A DNA stretch of 63,823 nt, filler included, from Lenisia limosa (GCA_001655205.1; 14 parts of 14 records of this genome joined end to end with filler, not necessarily neighbours in it), one strand, 5' to 3'. Positions 11,985 to 25,530 are shown, numbered from the whole stretch's first letter. Notes: generated by a model from the letters alone, not told the origin. Made by a program: numbers and translations.

Positions 11985-13500
11985 TCCTTGGTGTTCGACT
12001 TTTTACTATTGGATCATTGTTACTTGTAGCTTGCTACATCAGTAGCTGAATTTTGTTTTATTATTTTCTCGTATTTCTTCTAACTCCTCATTTCACCCAT
12101 AGCCCAACATCGACGTTGCACCTGTTGTCGCCACTGCCGTCCAGAAATTTGATGAGGTGAGTATTATCAATAATGTTCATTCAACTTCATGCGCCAAACA
12201 CTCATAAATTCTCCTTAGTGTTCGCCTTTTACTATTGGATTATTGGGCTTGGTACATCAGTAGCTGAATTTCAGTTTTATTCTTTTCTCGTATTATCAAA
12301 CTGATTGTGCCTTCTGATATTTTGGAAGTAAATTTACACTTGAACTTGAAGATTTTGGAGATGACCTAATAATAATAATAGTGCCAACCGCTGGGGAAAA
12401 TGGAGGGCATGTTTATCAACTGACCATAGGCCCTGGTCACGTAATCCTGCGGGAAAATATCGACCATTTCATTCTCTGAATAAATTAATCATAAAAAGAA
12501 AACGGAATTACGGCTCAAATTGAAACACCAATATGAGCAGATGCCACAGCTTACGACACGCCACTTGCTTCAAAAGTGATTTACCTGAATAATGAAATTG
12601 AAGATGAAAGGCACTTAATAAATATGAGAGAGTTGTAAAACTAACCAAGGGCTTCAATGTTGGAGTAGTCCTCCTTTGAGAGATTCGCTCTCTGGATGCG
12701 GGCAGCCACACTGCAACATTAGATGCTGCATGAATGGAAATATGTTTTCCAATACTTCTAATAAGTCTCATCAGATTGATGGAGATCTATTGGAGTAATC
12801 AAATGTGGAACAACTAGTTCAGAAAATGTTGCTGGAACGGAAAATGTGTCACTACAAATAACGATGACCCAATAATAATCGCAAACAACAAGTGATTAAT
12901 TACTGTTTGTTGGTGATGAAATTTAATAAAATTTATTGATAAGGCTAACCTCAGTACCCTTTCGGCCGGCAGCGGCGGGGGCGACATCGTTGGTGGTCTA
13001 TATAGTTTTGACAAGCTGAATGAATTTTGGTTTTCCAGTTATATACTCTTCTCCTATTACTTAGTCTTGCAGATGAATAGCAAGCTAAAGGTAACAATGA
13101 TCCTAATAGTAAAAAGGCGAACACCAAGGAACATTTATTAGTGTTTGGTGCATGAAGTTGAATGAACATTACTGATAATACTCACCTCAACAATCTTCTG
13201 GACAGCAGTGGCGGCAACGGGGGCAACGTCTATGTTGAGCTATGAGTGAAATGAAGAATTGGAAGCAATACGAGGAAAGAAATGAAATTCAGCTACTGAT
13301 GTACCAAGCTACCAATAACAATAATCCAATAGTAAAAAGGCGAACACCAAGGAGAATGTATTAATGTTTGGCGCATGAAGTTGAATGAACATTATTGATA
13401 ATACTCACCTCATCAATCTTCTAGACGGCAGTGGTGGCAACGGGGGCTACGTCGATGTTGGGCTATGGGTGAAATAAGGAATTAGAAGAAGTATACGGGG
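11985..13500. repeat. ~220-235 bp exon+intron-like unit, tandem on the minus strand (12950-13500) and inverted on the plus strand (11985-12295)
   Basis: AG- and GT-bounded units at 12103-12156(+), 13186-13239(-), 13409-13462(-) and a 48-nt variant at 12950-12997(-). Confidence 0.75.
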
Positions 13501-13625
13501 TCAACCCAAAAACCAGTGTTCAGTGTCCCCCATATTTATATACTATACACCTCATTAATGAATGTTTGACAGGTTTTTTGCTCTAAATCATTCTACCCAG
13601 ATTTTACTCGAGTTTTCTGGTTTTT

Positions 13626-14209
13626 ATGGAGAATCCAATTTGTTTTTTTGATATTGCTCTTGGAGGTATCGGCATTGGAAGGATATCGTTTGAGCTTTTC
13701 AATCATATTGTTCCTAGAGTTTACTTTGAATCTCATTAAGGCAGCGGAGAATTTTCGACAGTTTTGTACAGGAGAGTTCCTGAACATTCATGGCAAGCCG
13801 CAAGGCTATAAGGGCTCGAGCTTTCATCGCATTATTCCTGGCTTTATGTGTCAAGCTGGTGATTTTTTAAATGGGGACGGCACAGGAACAATTTCTATTT
13901 TTGGTTCACAATTTGAAGACGAAAACTTCAAAGTTCCACATTCAGAGCCAGGACTCCTGTCAATGGTTTTATTTTTGTTGTGATTTGGCAAACTCAGGGC
14001 CAAATACAAATGGATGTCAGTTTTTTATTACAGTTTCACCTGCAGAGTGGTTGTCGTTTTTTTTTTTACCAAGGCTTGATGGTAAACATGTAGTATTCGG
14101 GCGTATTATTGATGGAATGGGAACTCTCAAAAAGATTGAAAACTGTCAACTTGATTCAAAGGGAAAACCAAAGATTCCTATTGTGATTGTGGAGTGTGGG
14201 CAGCTTTGA
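13626..14209 (+). CDS. PPIH: Cyclophilin-type PPIase, cyclophilin H (U4/U6 snRNP) like; introns 13719-13740, 13966-13987, 14050-14073
   Basis: Spliced product [14 protein letters not shown]...VPR|[12 protein letters not shown]...[32 protein letters not shown]...GLLSM|[15 protein letters not shown]...EW|[12 protein letters not shown]...ECGQL*. The TNGCQFFIT and PQGYKG motifs fit CypH. Confidence 0.9.
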
Positions 14210-16772
14210 TTCAATTTTTGAGAGAACAGTTGGACCATAACGGATAGTAGGTAAATAACAACTCGCCCATGGAGGACAAAGAAGATCAGAGAAATTACTT
14301 GACTTCAATGACTCGCCTTCCTAAATTGCACATCGCCACTAGTTGCCGATTATCGCATCACAATTACCTTATCAACCAATCCTTAAATATTCTCATTGAA
14401 CTCACAATTTGTAGATTTCCAAAACAGTGCGCCAATTGCAATAATTTTTCCAGGTATAATATGATATTTTATAGATCCATATCTGATATTAAAAAGATAT
14501 GTTTCCTGGATCTTTCAATTTTGGGGAATAGTCAAACTAGGAAATAAAGTGGGGCAAAAATGACCACCTGCTAAATCCAGCTCCTTTCTTGAATACAAAT
14601 TAAAAAAGCTGTGTACCTCAAGCAATATAGTGATGGCATATACATATATAATAACCATGGAGCTGGAGGGACAATAGATGGGACAGTAGCGCATCTAAAG
14701 GAGCACTAAACCTTTCAGAATCAAAACCTGAACATTGTCTCAAATATTTGCTTCTCTTTTGGAGTTTTAGGGTCTCATTATTCTAACTGTACTTTTTTAC
14801 GCAAAGACGATCAGTATAAGGGAACAAGAAGTTGTTCAGAGTAGGAACCATGGCACGTCACACTTTTCCTTTCCAATCTCGGGTTAACCCCGATTTAAAT
14901 TCTTGTAACAAGTAGTCAACAAGTGTTAAAAATATGACGTCACCGAACGTTTATGTTCGGATATCCGTGACAATTCTCTCCAATCGCAACCTGCTTGAAA
15001 GAGCGAGTTCGATGTGATTTTAAAGCCTGAGTCCACTTAATGTGGTTTGTCTCTTTTTTGATTAAGCAAAAAATGAAGATAAATGTGGTGTAATTAGCCA
15101 CTACCTGGAAATCATTTCATAAAAGGTTTATAAGAGCCAACTTCTTGCAAACTTGATAAAAAATTTGAAGAATATGGGAATGTGGACTAACCGAGGCTAA
15201 AATGGGCTGATCTTCCTGTTTAGGGAGGGATTGCCGAATTGATGCTGCGTAATTTCTCTAACACTTTATATTCGTCCTAAAAGTACAATGCACACCTGGC
15301 GTCTTCAAGAAAGTCGTTGTAAAAGAGGCAAAAAATTGGAACAAGCCCATCCTCATGGCGCTGTAGCTTTTAGTGTGTTTTTGGTACCAATTTGATTTTA
15401 TTTCTTTGCTATCTGGTAAAAAAGTCATAATGGAGGAGCGGGGAGGCCCATGTGGTCATCCCACTCAATTACGTGAAACCCTTTTTGGAGGTTACCAAAG
15501 TTGAAGGAAAATCTTGCCGTAATAGGAAGATAACGTGGTCAAAGATGGATTTTTGAGCCACTTTTGCTGAAGCAGAGATTCAAATGCGTTGAGGCACAGC
15601 TCCCTGTGGTAAGCTGGGCCTGAGATTGGGTTTATTTATAAGTAAAACGTTGTTTATAACGAGAATCCTGATGACTACTCTTTCATGGTTTTTTTGGAGT
15701 CTTCTGAACACCCTAGACCATACTCGTCCGTACCTCTCCTCCCCTGTACTTATACTAACGTGTAGAGAAGTACATAACTAGCAGATACATAGAAGGTGAC
15801 CTGACCACCCCAACATTGTAACCTCCAAGGTCCAATTAAATTTGTGTAACCTAGTTTATACGATCTGGGCCTGGGGTGGACAAATGTATAATTTTGAGTT
15901 TAATCGTTTCCGTGAGATTATTAGCTGAATTCCTTTAAAGGGCATTTTATAAAATCAACATCTAAATTAATGGAATTATGATTTTAGACTAGAAACCAAT
16001 TTCAAAAAGATAAAACCTAAAAAACGACAATGTTATCCAATTCTCTTGGAGTTGACTCAGAAAAGTACACATTTCTTGCAATATTCTACGGAAAAGCGGG
16101 CGCATATCCATTGATTTGATATCCAACCTGATAGATTTTACTCTGTCTGACAAATCCACACATGGTAGATCTGCCTTATCCAAAATAACCTTAATTTAGA
16201 AGGATATTGAGCTCACTATTTGAATAGCAAGATGTGTAAAGCAAAGACTCATAATAAATACCCTGAATAAGGACACCCGCGGAAGTTTATAACCTATTTC
16301 GGTGAAATTATAAGAAGTCGTTGTAATCTTGATAAGACATCCTAAAGTTGTTGTAAAATGCTGTAAAGTGATATAAATTATCAATTTTAAGCACATCCGA
16401 GTTGAAATCCCCGGATCAATTGTGTTATTAAGCTAATATTCATCAAATCCCTCTATCAAATGGCATTTTGGTACTCAAGGAAGACCAACTTCGGTGAAAT
16501 TATTACAAAATTAACAATCTTGGCTACCATGGTTGTGGAAGGATGGCCACCTAAGTGATGTTATGTTCATTGAAAGCTATACGCAAACCTGGCGATAAAT
16601 GAGTGCTGTGTTCACAGACTGTTCTCCAACAACTGTAAAAGTTGAACCACCAAGCCGCTTTGGTCTGATCTAAAAAAATTATCTTCACAGTGAGTGGTCT
16701 ACTTTTGAGGCAGCTTCTAGTTTCCCCAATTCACTTTCCATCTCTTCTCGTGCCTAGAAGATTAGTAACCTT

Positions 16773-19640
16773 TTAAAGTAGCACAAAACAAACTTCCGAA
16801 GCCTTTTTTCTTTCTTCTTTGGCAAATTGTAATTCTTTGGTAACTAATTCTTCTTGATCTTTGGCAGCTTTCTCGGATTCTTTTTTTCTCTCTTCCTCAT
16901 GATACGAAATCCTTTGCTGAAGCTTCTTATGAAAAGTCAACATTGACCACATGACACGCTCCAACCCCAATTTTCGTAACCCTCCCACCATTTCAGCCTC
17001 AATTAACTTTACACGAGCCTTTTGCATTTCCTTCTCAACTAATCGTCGTGCTTCCTAAATCGTCAACAACCACACCACCAAGAAAAGGCGATATGATGTA
17101 TGATACTATGACATGTTATACAATTAAACAATAATATGACATGATATAGAGTATTATATATCATATGATTGCTCAGATTATTTAATCCGATTGAATCCGA
17201 TCATTGGGTGTATTTTAGGACAGCCCTCTAAACACTTGAAACCCATTAAATATCAGAAAAAACTGATAGAAATAATACTAAAAATTAACGTTTCTCATCT
17301 CAGAACCCTTTAAAACTGATAACGACATCAGAAACCGAAAGTCAGACCCCCCTAAATCCTTAAAATGGTCGAATCAGATTCGAAGACATTAGTAGGCTCG
17401 AGATATAAAGCCTGATATTTTGACTGAAATTACCAAATATGGATAATTCGAGAAGTTGGTGATTGCAGTCAAAAAGTCGAGCTTTTTTTTAATTTTGCAA
17501 ATAAAAAATTGTAATTAAAATGACCCTTCGGGATAATTCCTCAGGGTAGTTTATCATATAAAATTGTCCAGACATGAAAATTCTAAAAATGAGTAAAAAT
17601 GGCTTGGAATGTGACTAACCTAGGCTTTATGTGAGGCAGGCTAAAATGTTAATATATGATATGGTAGTGTTGCTTGTGCGTAGTTACAATTGTCATTTAA
17701 TTTCCTCAAATATTATGTTTAAAGCGGGGTTAAAGTTAATGGCCTTTTTTGGATTTTTCTCACTATTAGCAATTTTTACAATTTTTCCAGAGCTACCCAT
17801 TTTAACTCTCTAAAAGACCGCTGAGAAGGGAAAAAGGGGGGGTGTGGCAAGATCAGAGAAGAGCGATTATTCAAATAGTGCACCTTTCAGCTTGCTGACA
17901 GTGCGAAAAGTTGTATACAAGTTGTAGGTGTTGTTAGGATACGGGTTAGATGATTGACAACTCTTAAATGAAGAGAACAGAGAGACAAAGAAAAAGAAGG
18001 GTGATCACTGGAGAAAAAAGAGAATGCCTATTTGAAAAAAAAAGAAAAAAAAAGACCACTCCGGGGTTCGAACTCTCGACCTCGAGTCCAAAAACACTTA
18101 AAACGACCTTTATCCCATTTGGCCACTGAAAAAAAGGCGCGCAAAAAATGTCCTTTAACCCCGCTTTAAACCCCAAAAAGGTGAAAAAAAGCGAAACACA
18201 AAACCCTCCAAAATTGGAACACCCCCTTAAGTCGAGAAAATGGGAATTGAAAATTATTTTACCCGAAGTTTTCATATGGAAAACTACACAGCGAAATATA
18301 CCGAAGGGTCATTTAGAATACTGACACAACTTATTCAATTTATTTGCAAAATTAAAAAAGGGACTGAACCACCTTAAGGGTTTTGGGGGTCTGGCTTTCT
18401 CTGACGTCATTATAACAAGTTATAAAGGGCTCTATGATGAGAAAAGGAAAAGGCTGCCTTTTCGACTTTGAAAACAGTTTTCCCAATTAGGCAAGTAAGG
18501 AACTTTCTTTTGGGGTAATTATATGTTTGTACCTCGCAGTACGACCAATTCATTTCTTTCATTAAACTGAACCAACCTGCATCTCTTTCGTATGGAATTC
18601 CAAAGTCTGTTGCGCTGCAGCAGCACGTGACTGTTCTTCTTTTCGCATTTGAGACAACGCAGCACTCTCTTCTTTCATTGTAACTGTTTTTCTGCTATTG
18701 TTAAACCAATCAAACAATGTAAACAACCTTTCAAGTTCTTCTTTAACTCTTTTTTGCTCCTCTAGCATTAAACGATGTTCCAATGATTTTTTCCAATCCT
18801 ACAAGGTCATGATGAAAGCTCAATCAAACCTCCATTTCTCTCTTAATATCAGCCTCCCTTTCACGGAGTGCCAATTCCTGTTTGTTTAATGCTTCAACTT
18901 TTTCTTTGGAAACCAATGCGGCTTTCATTTCACGTATTTCTCGGTCATACTTTTCTCTAAAATGTCAACACAATGTCATTCAATACTTCTCCAAATTGGC
19001 TTGTACTTGCAATGCTCGTTGTTTGTCATCTGCTTCAAGACGCCTGACAGTGAAATATTTTTGGTTCCTACAACTGAGCTTTCCAGTACACCTCTTGTTT
19101 TGCTGCTTTAACTGCTTCTTCCACTTCCTTGGCCTTTTCTAGCTCCAGTGCCTTTAAGGCTAATTCCAGTCGTTCCTGACAAAGTAAATAAGAAGATTTT
19201 ACCTTCGCATTGTCTTCAAGATGTTTCATCTTCTCTTCTGATACTTTTTCTGCTTGTGACACAGCTGCTCTCATAGCCTCCTAAAAAATTTAAGAAGTAA
19301 TAATAATAGTCACCTCTCTTAATAGAGCAGCTTTAGTGTCCTCAGCTAAGAGAATGGCTTTTTGACATGCTACTTCGCGATTTAATAAACAGCGCTGTTC
19401 TTTTGTTGCAGTTGAAATATCGAAAAGAGCCTGTTGATTAGATTCGCTAAGTCAAACCTGGCTTGTTTCCAGCTCTGTCTGTTTACGTGCTTCGGCAATC
19501 AGTTCCCATTCTTGCTTCAGGAGCAATTTTTCATTATCAACTGCAGCTTTAGTTGAAGCCAAAAGGCTTAAAGAGTGTGCCCTAGAATGTTATTATTATT
19601 TTATTTGCATGAAAAAAGCCTTCTACTCCCTCACCTTTTG
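16773..19640 (-). CDS. Long coiled-coil protein (E/K/A/Q-rich), many 27-53 nt introns plus one ~1.5 kb intron
   Basis: Segments such as KARVKLIEAEM, EEQKRVKEELER and LELALKALELEKAKEVEEAVKAAKQE are joined by short GT-AG introns (e.g. gtttgacttagcgaatctaatcaacag, 27 nt). Gene ends are approximate. Confidence 0.7.
17290..18455. mobile_element. Degenerate foldback / long-inverted-repeat element in the large intron of the coiled-coil gene
   Basis: Arm 17290-17590 is inverted-homologous to 18240-18455 (e.g. TTTTTTAATTTTGCAAATAAA...AAATGACCCTTCGG and TTTCTCATC...CAGACCCCC). Confidence 0.6.
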
Positions 19641-21252
19641 ATGGGTGATGTGAACAAGTGCGGTGGAGGAGGCTTGGTTGGTTGTTGCTTCAATATTAAC
19701 AGACAATGGTACTGAACAACATTTGATAACACTAAACAATATGCGGCAGTTCATAATTCTGGTGTTTTTTGGTAATTCTATTTTTTTCTAGTTTTTGAAT
19801 TATTTTGTTATCTTATATATCTCCTTCGAATTCTTAATCATCAACAAATAGACTTCAAAAAGGGATTCAACGTTAAAAAATTGGGCTTCTAAGCTAGAGC
19901 TCTATGTACCTAAATATTTTACTTTGACAAGACTTTGAAAATGGCTTTTGAGATGAAATGAAGGGTGACCAATGTCAAAAAAAAGAAACAGAATTACTGA
20001 GAAAACCAGAATACCGAAAAAACCAGAATTTTGAATGGACGTGTATAATATAATATGATATGATGTGTAGTAGTATACTGTACACTATATCATACAAGGT
20101 AGAAATGAGAAATGAAAATGGAAGTGTCTGGCCGAAGTTCCACACCATATTATTCAGCGATAACAAATTACAGTGAGTAATTAAGGTGGAAGGATAGATT
20201 GGAGATCTGAACATTTTGAAGGTTACGTTGAAATATATCTTCTCATCTTCAAAAATCAAATAATAAACATATACTGCAGAGGGATTAAAAAACATTTCAG
20301 AAAGTAAATACACTACCGGTCATATTAGTCCAGTTTTCAAAAAGAGAGGTAGACACAATAAAAGCACTGAAAAAAAAGGTATAGAGTGACTCCCTAATAA
20401 TATTTAAGAAAAATACGAAAGTGCATTGTTTTTTAAAAATTATTTATAGAGTACCTCAATTACTTCCAAACCTAGAGTTTAATGTATTATGGTGCGCTTG
20501 GGGTTGAAGTTTTGTTCTAAAATTAGCTAAAATTCCAAAAGTGCACTTGGCAAAAATAATTGTAGCTGCATAAATTTTAAGTACCTCCTCCAGAATCAGT
20601 GTGCCCTCGGGGTTAAGTTTTTAAAAGCGCCGGGCAAATAAAAATTTGGTCTAAAAAATTTACTCATCGTTTACCAAATTTTGGCTCGGTTCTCCTTTTA
20701 TACTCCAATATCTCATCCATTTTGCTCAAGCTTTGATGTACAGAGGGAAAAGAGAACTGAAGTAGAGCGTGGTCTCATAATTTTTAATGTAATAAGGAAT
20801 ACAAGATTAGTGTTTAAATGTTTTGATGTTAGATTCATTGGGGAGTTACACTTATTATAATTAAACCTGCGTAAAGCTAAACCCCAGGTAAAATTCATTT
20901 CAATCCGCAGTCTTCGTAAATACGGTAGGATCTTCATATAAAACCTGTTCTACAAAAAAATTCAACAGGAATAGAACAGCCTTATACTAGAACTCCACAA
21001 AACTCCGATCAACAATCACGAAGAAAATAAAGAAAGGCGGAAAACACGGGAATTTTTCACTTTTCCAACAGTTTTCTTGAAAAAACTACAGCTATTTGTT
21101 AAATGCTTTTCCCCTTGTCAGAATATTCCACCCACAATAGTCTGTGATATAGCTTCTTCAGAAATATGACATCACACAACTCGAATATTGTGACAACCTG
21201 AAGATGAACAATACTAGCTAGTCTTGTAGCTCATGGCAAAATTGAAGTCCTC

Positions 21253-22373
21253 TCACTGGGGTGGAATAGACAAAAGGACTTTCGCTGCTGCATTGTACCC
21301 TAAGAATAAATAAAAACAACAAGTTTTAACAAACTTTATAGGAGATGCTTCTATCTCTTCAACTTCAAATAAAGCTTTGAACGCTGATTGTGATGGAGAA
21401 TTTGAGAAATACTCATTGGAAATATTAAACTGAGATATCACTACTGAGGTTCAAAAAATAATCATTACATTGCTATTGACCTTGGAAACAATTTCAGCAA
21501 CAGTTGATATTTGGCGACGAACCGTAACCCCTCGCCAAATTGACTGAAGTAAGCTTAAAAAGATCAGTCAAACCTGAATTCTGATGGCTGCTCGGAACCT
21601 TTTCATATGAAGCACTTCACTAGGACATTCATATTGCCTACTTCTATACCCCCTCCAAAACTGTACGATAAAAATTTGCTAGAAATGCACCAACAGATTG
21701 GATACATTGTGCAGCAATATCAGGTTTAATAACTTCTCTCGCAGCCTGGAGGAATATTTTGGCGTAATTCCTTCGAGGTATTTTGCCTTCTAAAAGATAA
21801 AACTCTGAAGCCCAACCATTAATCGGTTTTGAAGACACAGTGAAGTTAGGAGGTTCAATAGTAGTTATTGGGGTAGCTAGGTCAAATTGAGGCTAAAAAG
21901 AAATTGACATCAAAATTGGAAAAGACTCAAACTTGATAAGCTGGCGTTGATGCATATTTTTGGGGAGTTGGAAAGAAAGGGTTTTTGAGAGGAGGAGTAG
22001 ACTGTGTTAATTAAAGGGGGAAATCGTTTGCATCAAAACTAACTGTGGATAGGTTCGGAAGGGGCATTGTGAGACCTTTAAAATACCTAACCGCTAAAAA
22101 AAAGTAAGCGGATAAAACGGAAAGAAAACCTGGGAGGCGGTCTTCTGAATAAGGGTCTGTCTCCAACTCCATAGAACTCTTGATGTGTTGATGTGTGTTT
22201 CCGTTTCGAGTTCCAACCTTTTGACTGAAAACTGGTTGTAAGGCTATCGTGGCTGGGTCCGTTTGTGGACTTCTTGGAATTGAAATCAATGAACGTTGTT
22301 TGGTCAAAAATGTGGCTCCCATCCTTGTGCTGTTATATTCCAAGAAACTACTAATCAGAGAAATCCTACCCAT
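21253..22373 (-). CDS. IQ calmodulin-binding motif protein
   Basis: Splicing yields AAQCIQS|FWRGYRSRQ and AAIRIQ|SIWRGVTVRRQ, two IQxxWRGxxxR motifs, across 34 and 30 nt GT-AG introns. Gene ends are approximate. Confidence 0.7.
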
Positions 22374-25038
22374 TTAAAACTGGCTGTGCCATCACAGTAA
22401 GTCAAAGATGAGTCAAGGAAGAGTTTCAGACAGGTTTGAGAGTTTCCATCCAAGTTTCCAAGTCAAACAAAGCTATACACACGACTCAAACACGACTATA
22501 ACTGCTATACTCTGGCTATACTGCTAATGCTAAATACTTACTCAAGGTCCTGTCAGAGTCCAGAGTGCTCCATGTCCTAACCAAGGGGCAGGGGGGTGAC
22601 CCTGGTGCCGGGCGGGCCACAAAAATGACAGGGGTCAATATGATAANNNNNNNNNNNNNNNNNNNNNNNNNNNNNNNNNNNNNNNNNNNNTTAATTAATT
22701 AANNNNNNNNNNNNNNNNNNNNNNNNNNNNNNNNNNNNNNNNNNNNTCCAAGCACGACAAGCAATCATCAGCGCTTTGTTCTTCTCATCTGAGCGAAGAC
22801 CTTTCCCTTTCCATACCTCCTTGTCAATCTCCCTTTCCACAGGGAAAAAGTCTTAGGCCTTGGTTCGGGGCATTTAGACTTCTTCACAAAGTTTACTCTT
22901 TGAAATGCCCTAAGAAGGGGGAGTGGGGAACACTTAAACAGGAGATAGAGGATGGAAGTGGGGAAGAAAAAACGTGACTTCTTTTAAAGGGCTTTTATCT
23001 TACTACTTCACTATAATATTTCAAGTAACTATGATTGAGGAATAAACTAGAGTGTAACAAACACTTTTTTGCTGAATTTTTTCTTTTGGTTCAGTGATCG
23101 ATGATCACCCCCTCAAATTTTGGTCGCTATTTTTGAGGCCATTCCACTCTTCTTTCTTCTGTTTCCGATAAAATTAAAATAAAATCATCAAAACTAATGT
23201 TTTGGTCAGAATATAACACTTTTCAATGTTGCATCTCAATTGTAAAAAAACCTTCCAACATGATCTGTCTCAAAAATTGAATTTCTATAAACGCCTGAGA
23301 CATTTTTTAAACTTGTTTTTATAATTTTATTGTATGTATGTAGTTTTTGGTTTAAATTTTGTTGAAATAGCCGGGTTAAAGTGGAGAAAATAATAATTTA
23401 CGGAAATACGGATAATTTACGGGAATTCTGCGCGGTAGCGTATGTATGTAGCTTATCTTTAACTATATCATCTCATATTCAGGAAAGCCCGTTTACAATA
23501 TTATACCTGGACGAAAAATTGATGAGAAGAAAATCCGTCAAACCATCTCAAAAATCAAAGGCATTCACTCAGTTTTTGTTTTGTTGATTCTTTAGAAAGG
23601 CGTACATATTGACCATAAAATTGTTACTCAGCTTGCAAAGCAGAATGGAGTTTCAGTCTCCAGAAGTACAGCCTATAATCTTATAAATGAGTCAATTGAA
23701 CAGTCCTCAATGGATATAAACCGATAATGGAAATATCAGGTAAGGACATCATTCAAAGTTCACCGGATCCATTAAAACTCCCGAATATAGCAAACATAAG
23801 GAAAGCGAAAGGTGGTCAGAGCAGGAACTGTGACACGTCATAATTTACCATTCCAATCTCGGTTTAGTCTGCATTCTTGACCACTTATCAAAACAATTGT
23901 AGTATTTAGAAAATAAAATAGCTATATCATTGACTTTATGGACAAATTGTGCCAAACCCTCCGCAGTAATAAGGATATTATATTATAGAGTACAGTGTGT
24001 TACTTTGGGTGCCGTGCAATTAATTAATCAATTGCAATCAATTACCAACTAATGGTCAATTAAATTGCACCCTCTTTCTCCCAACCAATCAATTGAGATT
24101 TTCAACAGTTTTGAATTAAAAATGACGACAATATGATTGAGAATACCTTCTTTGTGTTTTTGACGATATGATATAGTATTATCTTCAAAAAACAGGGCTT
24201 CAAGGATCAATTTTTATAACAAAGGTTGTGCTCAGCGAAAAATACGGATTTACGTAAACTAATTGCAATTAATTACCAATTAATTGTAGAGATGAAAAAA
24301 ATAGTTTAAAAAATTAATTGCATGCAATTAAATGCAGTTGTAAATTAATTGCACGACGTGATAACATTTGTCGGGAAAGACACTAGAATATTAATATTTC
24401 ATAAACTGTTTGGAGAGACGAGGATGGGGTTACTCAATGGAAAAGGACAATGAAATTACAAATCACCTCCTGACAACCCCTTATACTCTTAAATATGCTT
24501 CTTAATCACCATGCAGAACTAGAAAAAGAGGAGGGAAATCGAGAATCCTTTGAGCAAAAGGAATTGGCGCGCTGACATGTTTTCTGACTCTTGTCTAGTT
24601 TTATCCGTTGGTTACCAGAAGTATATAATAAATAACCTAAACATGTGCCAAAGAGCCGTAGTCATTTTCGTGAAGCTGGGAGTGGTCAACAACACTACAA
24701 AAACAATATTGCCGTAGTCCACTTTTTTTTGCTCAAAAAAAGAAAACGTCATTATGCGTAAAAAATGTATTACATTACAGGCCCCACCTCACATCAAGAG
24801 ACTTATTTACAATAGAAGACTTGGACTGTTGCCCAAACAAAACAATCACCACTGGTGTGGTTGTAGAAACATATCATATACTGTATGTAAATTGGCAGCA
24901 TCCTTGGCAGGACAACCCGGATTGAACTGTCACAGTAGGCTGACTTATGTAAATGCACCGATACACATGGTATAAATATTGCTTTTTGTACAGCGCACCC
25001 GCGAAGCAACCGCCCAAAAGAGGCGGCCCCCAATCCCC

Positions 25039-25530
25039 TCAGATCTGTTGCCGCTGATAGAGGATTTCTACCAAATGGACTTTCTTGTAATCCAGTTTCA
25101 GCAGACAATATGTATTAGGGACTAACAGAAGCTACTTTTTTAACAGAAGTAAGCCTCACTTGTCCATCTGTCATCATCCCTCTTAAATTGACCGGTTGTA
25201 GCTTGTTCGTATCGACTTTGTCACGGAATGAGTGCACAGTGTAAACTTCCTCTTCATTCAACTTGGAAAAGCATGATGACAATATCATCATCAACGCTGA
25301 CAAAGGGAGCAACATAACTAGAGTATCTTTTCCGTGCTGTATTGGAAACAATGAAAAGAAAACCAAATTCAGTCCATAGGCTACAAAAGCCTCGATACCA
25401 CTACTTTTGACAAGATTATAGCATTCAAGAACATGGGTGGCCAAGAAGGTGCCAAGGACTCCGCCAACATCGCTACCACCAAGCTCTCTCTTGACGCTCT
25501 TGGGACTGAAAGGTGCTTCGTTGAACTTAA
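25039..25530 (-). CDS. Hypothetical protein, 3' exons with 27-28 nt introns
   Basis: FNEAPFSPKSVKRELGG...YGLNL|HGKDTLVMLL...MTDGQ|LLLVPNTY...QRQQI* stays open after removing two short GT-AG introns. Confidence 0.45.

Noticed and set aside
13626-14209. Ciliate-type alternative genetic code suggested by the tiny introns
   Set aside because: The conserved genes (cyclophilin H, PFO) translate fully in the standard code, and TAA and TGA both end predicted genes.
18055-18130. tRNA gene
   Set aside because: A- and B-box-like motifs are present, but the T-stem and acceptor stem do not pair and there is no anticodon arm.
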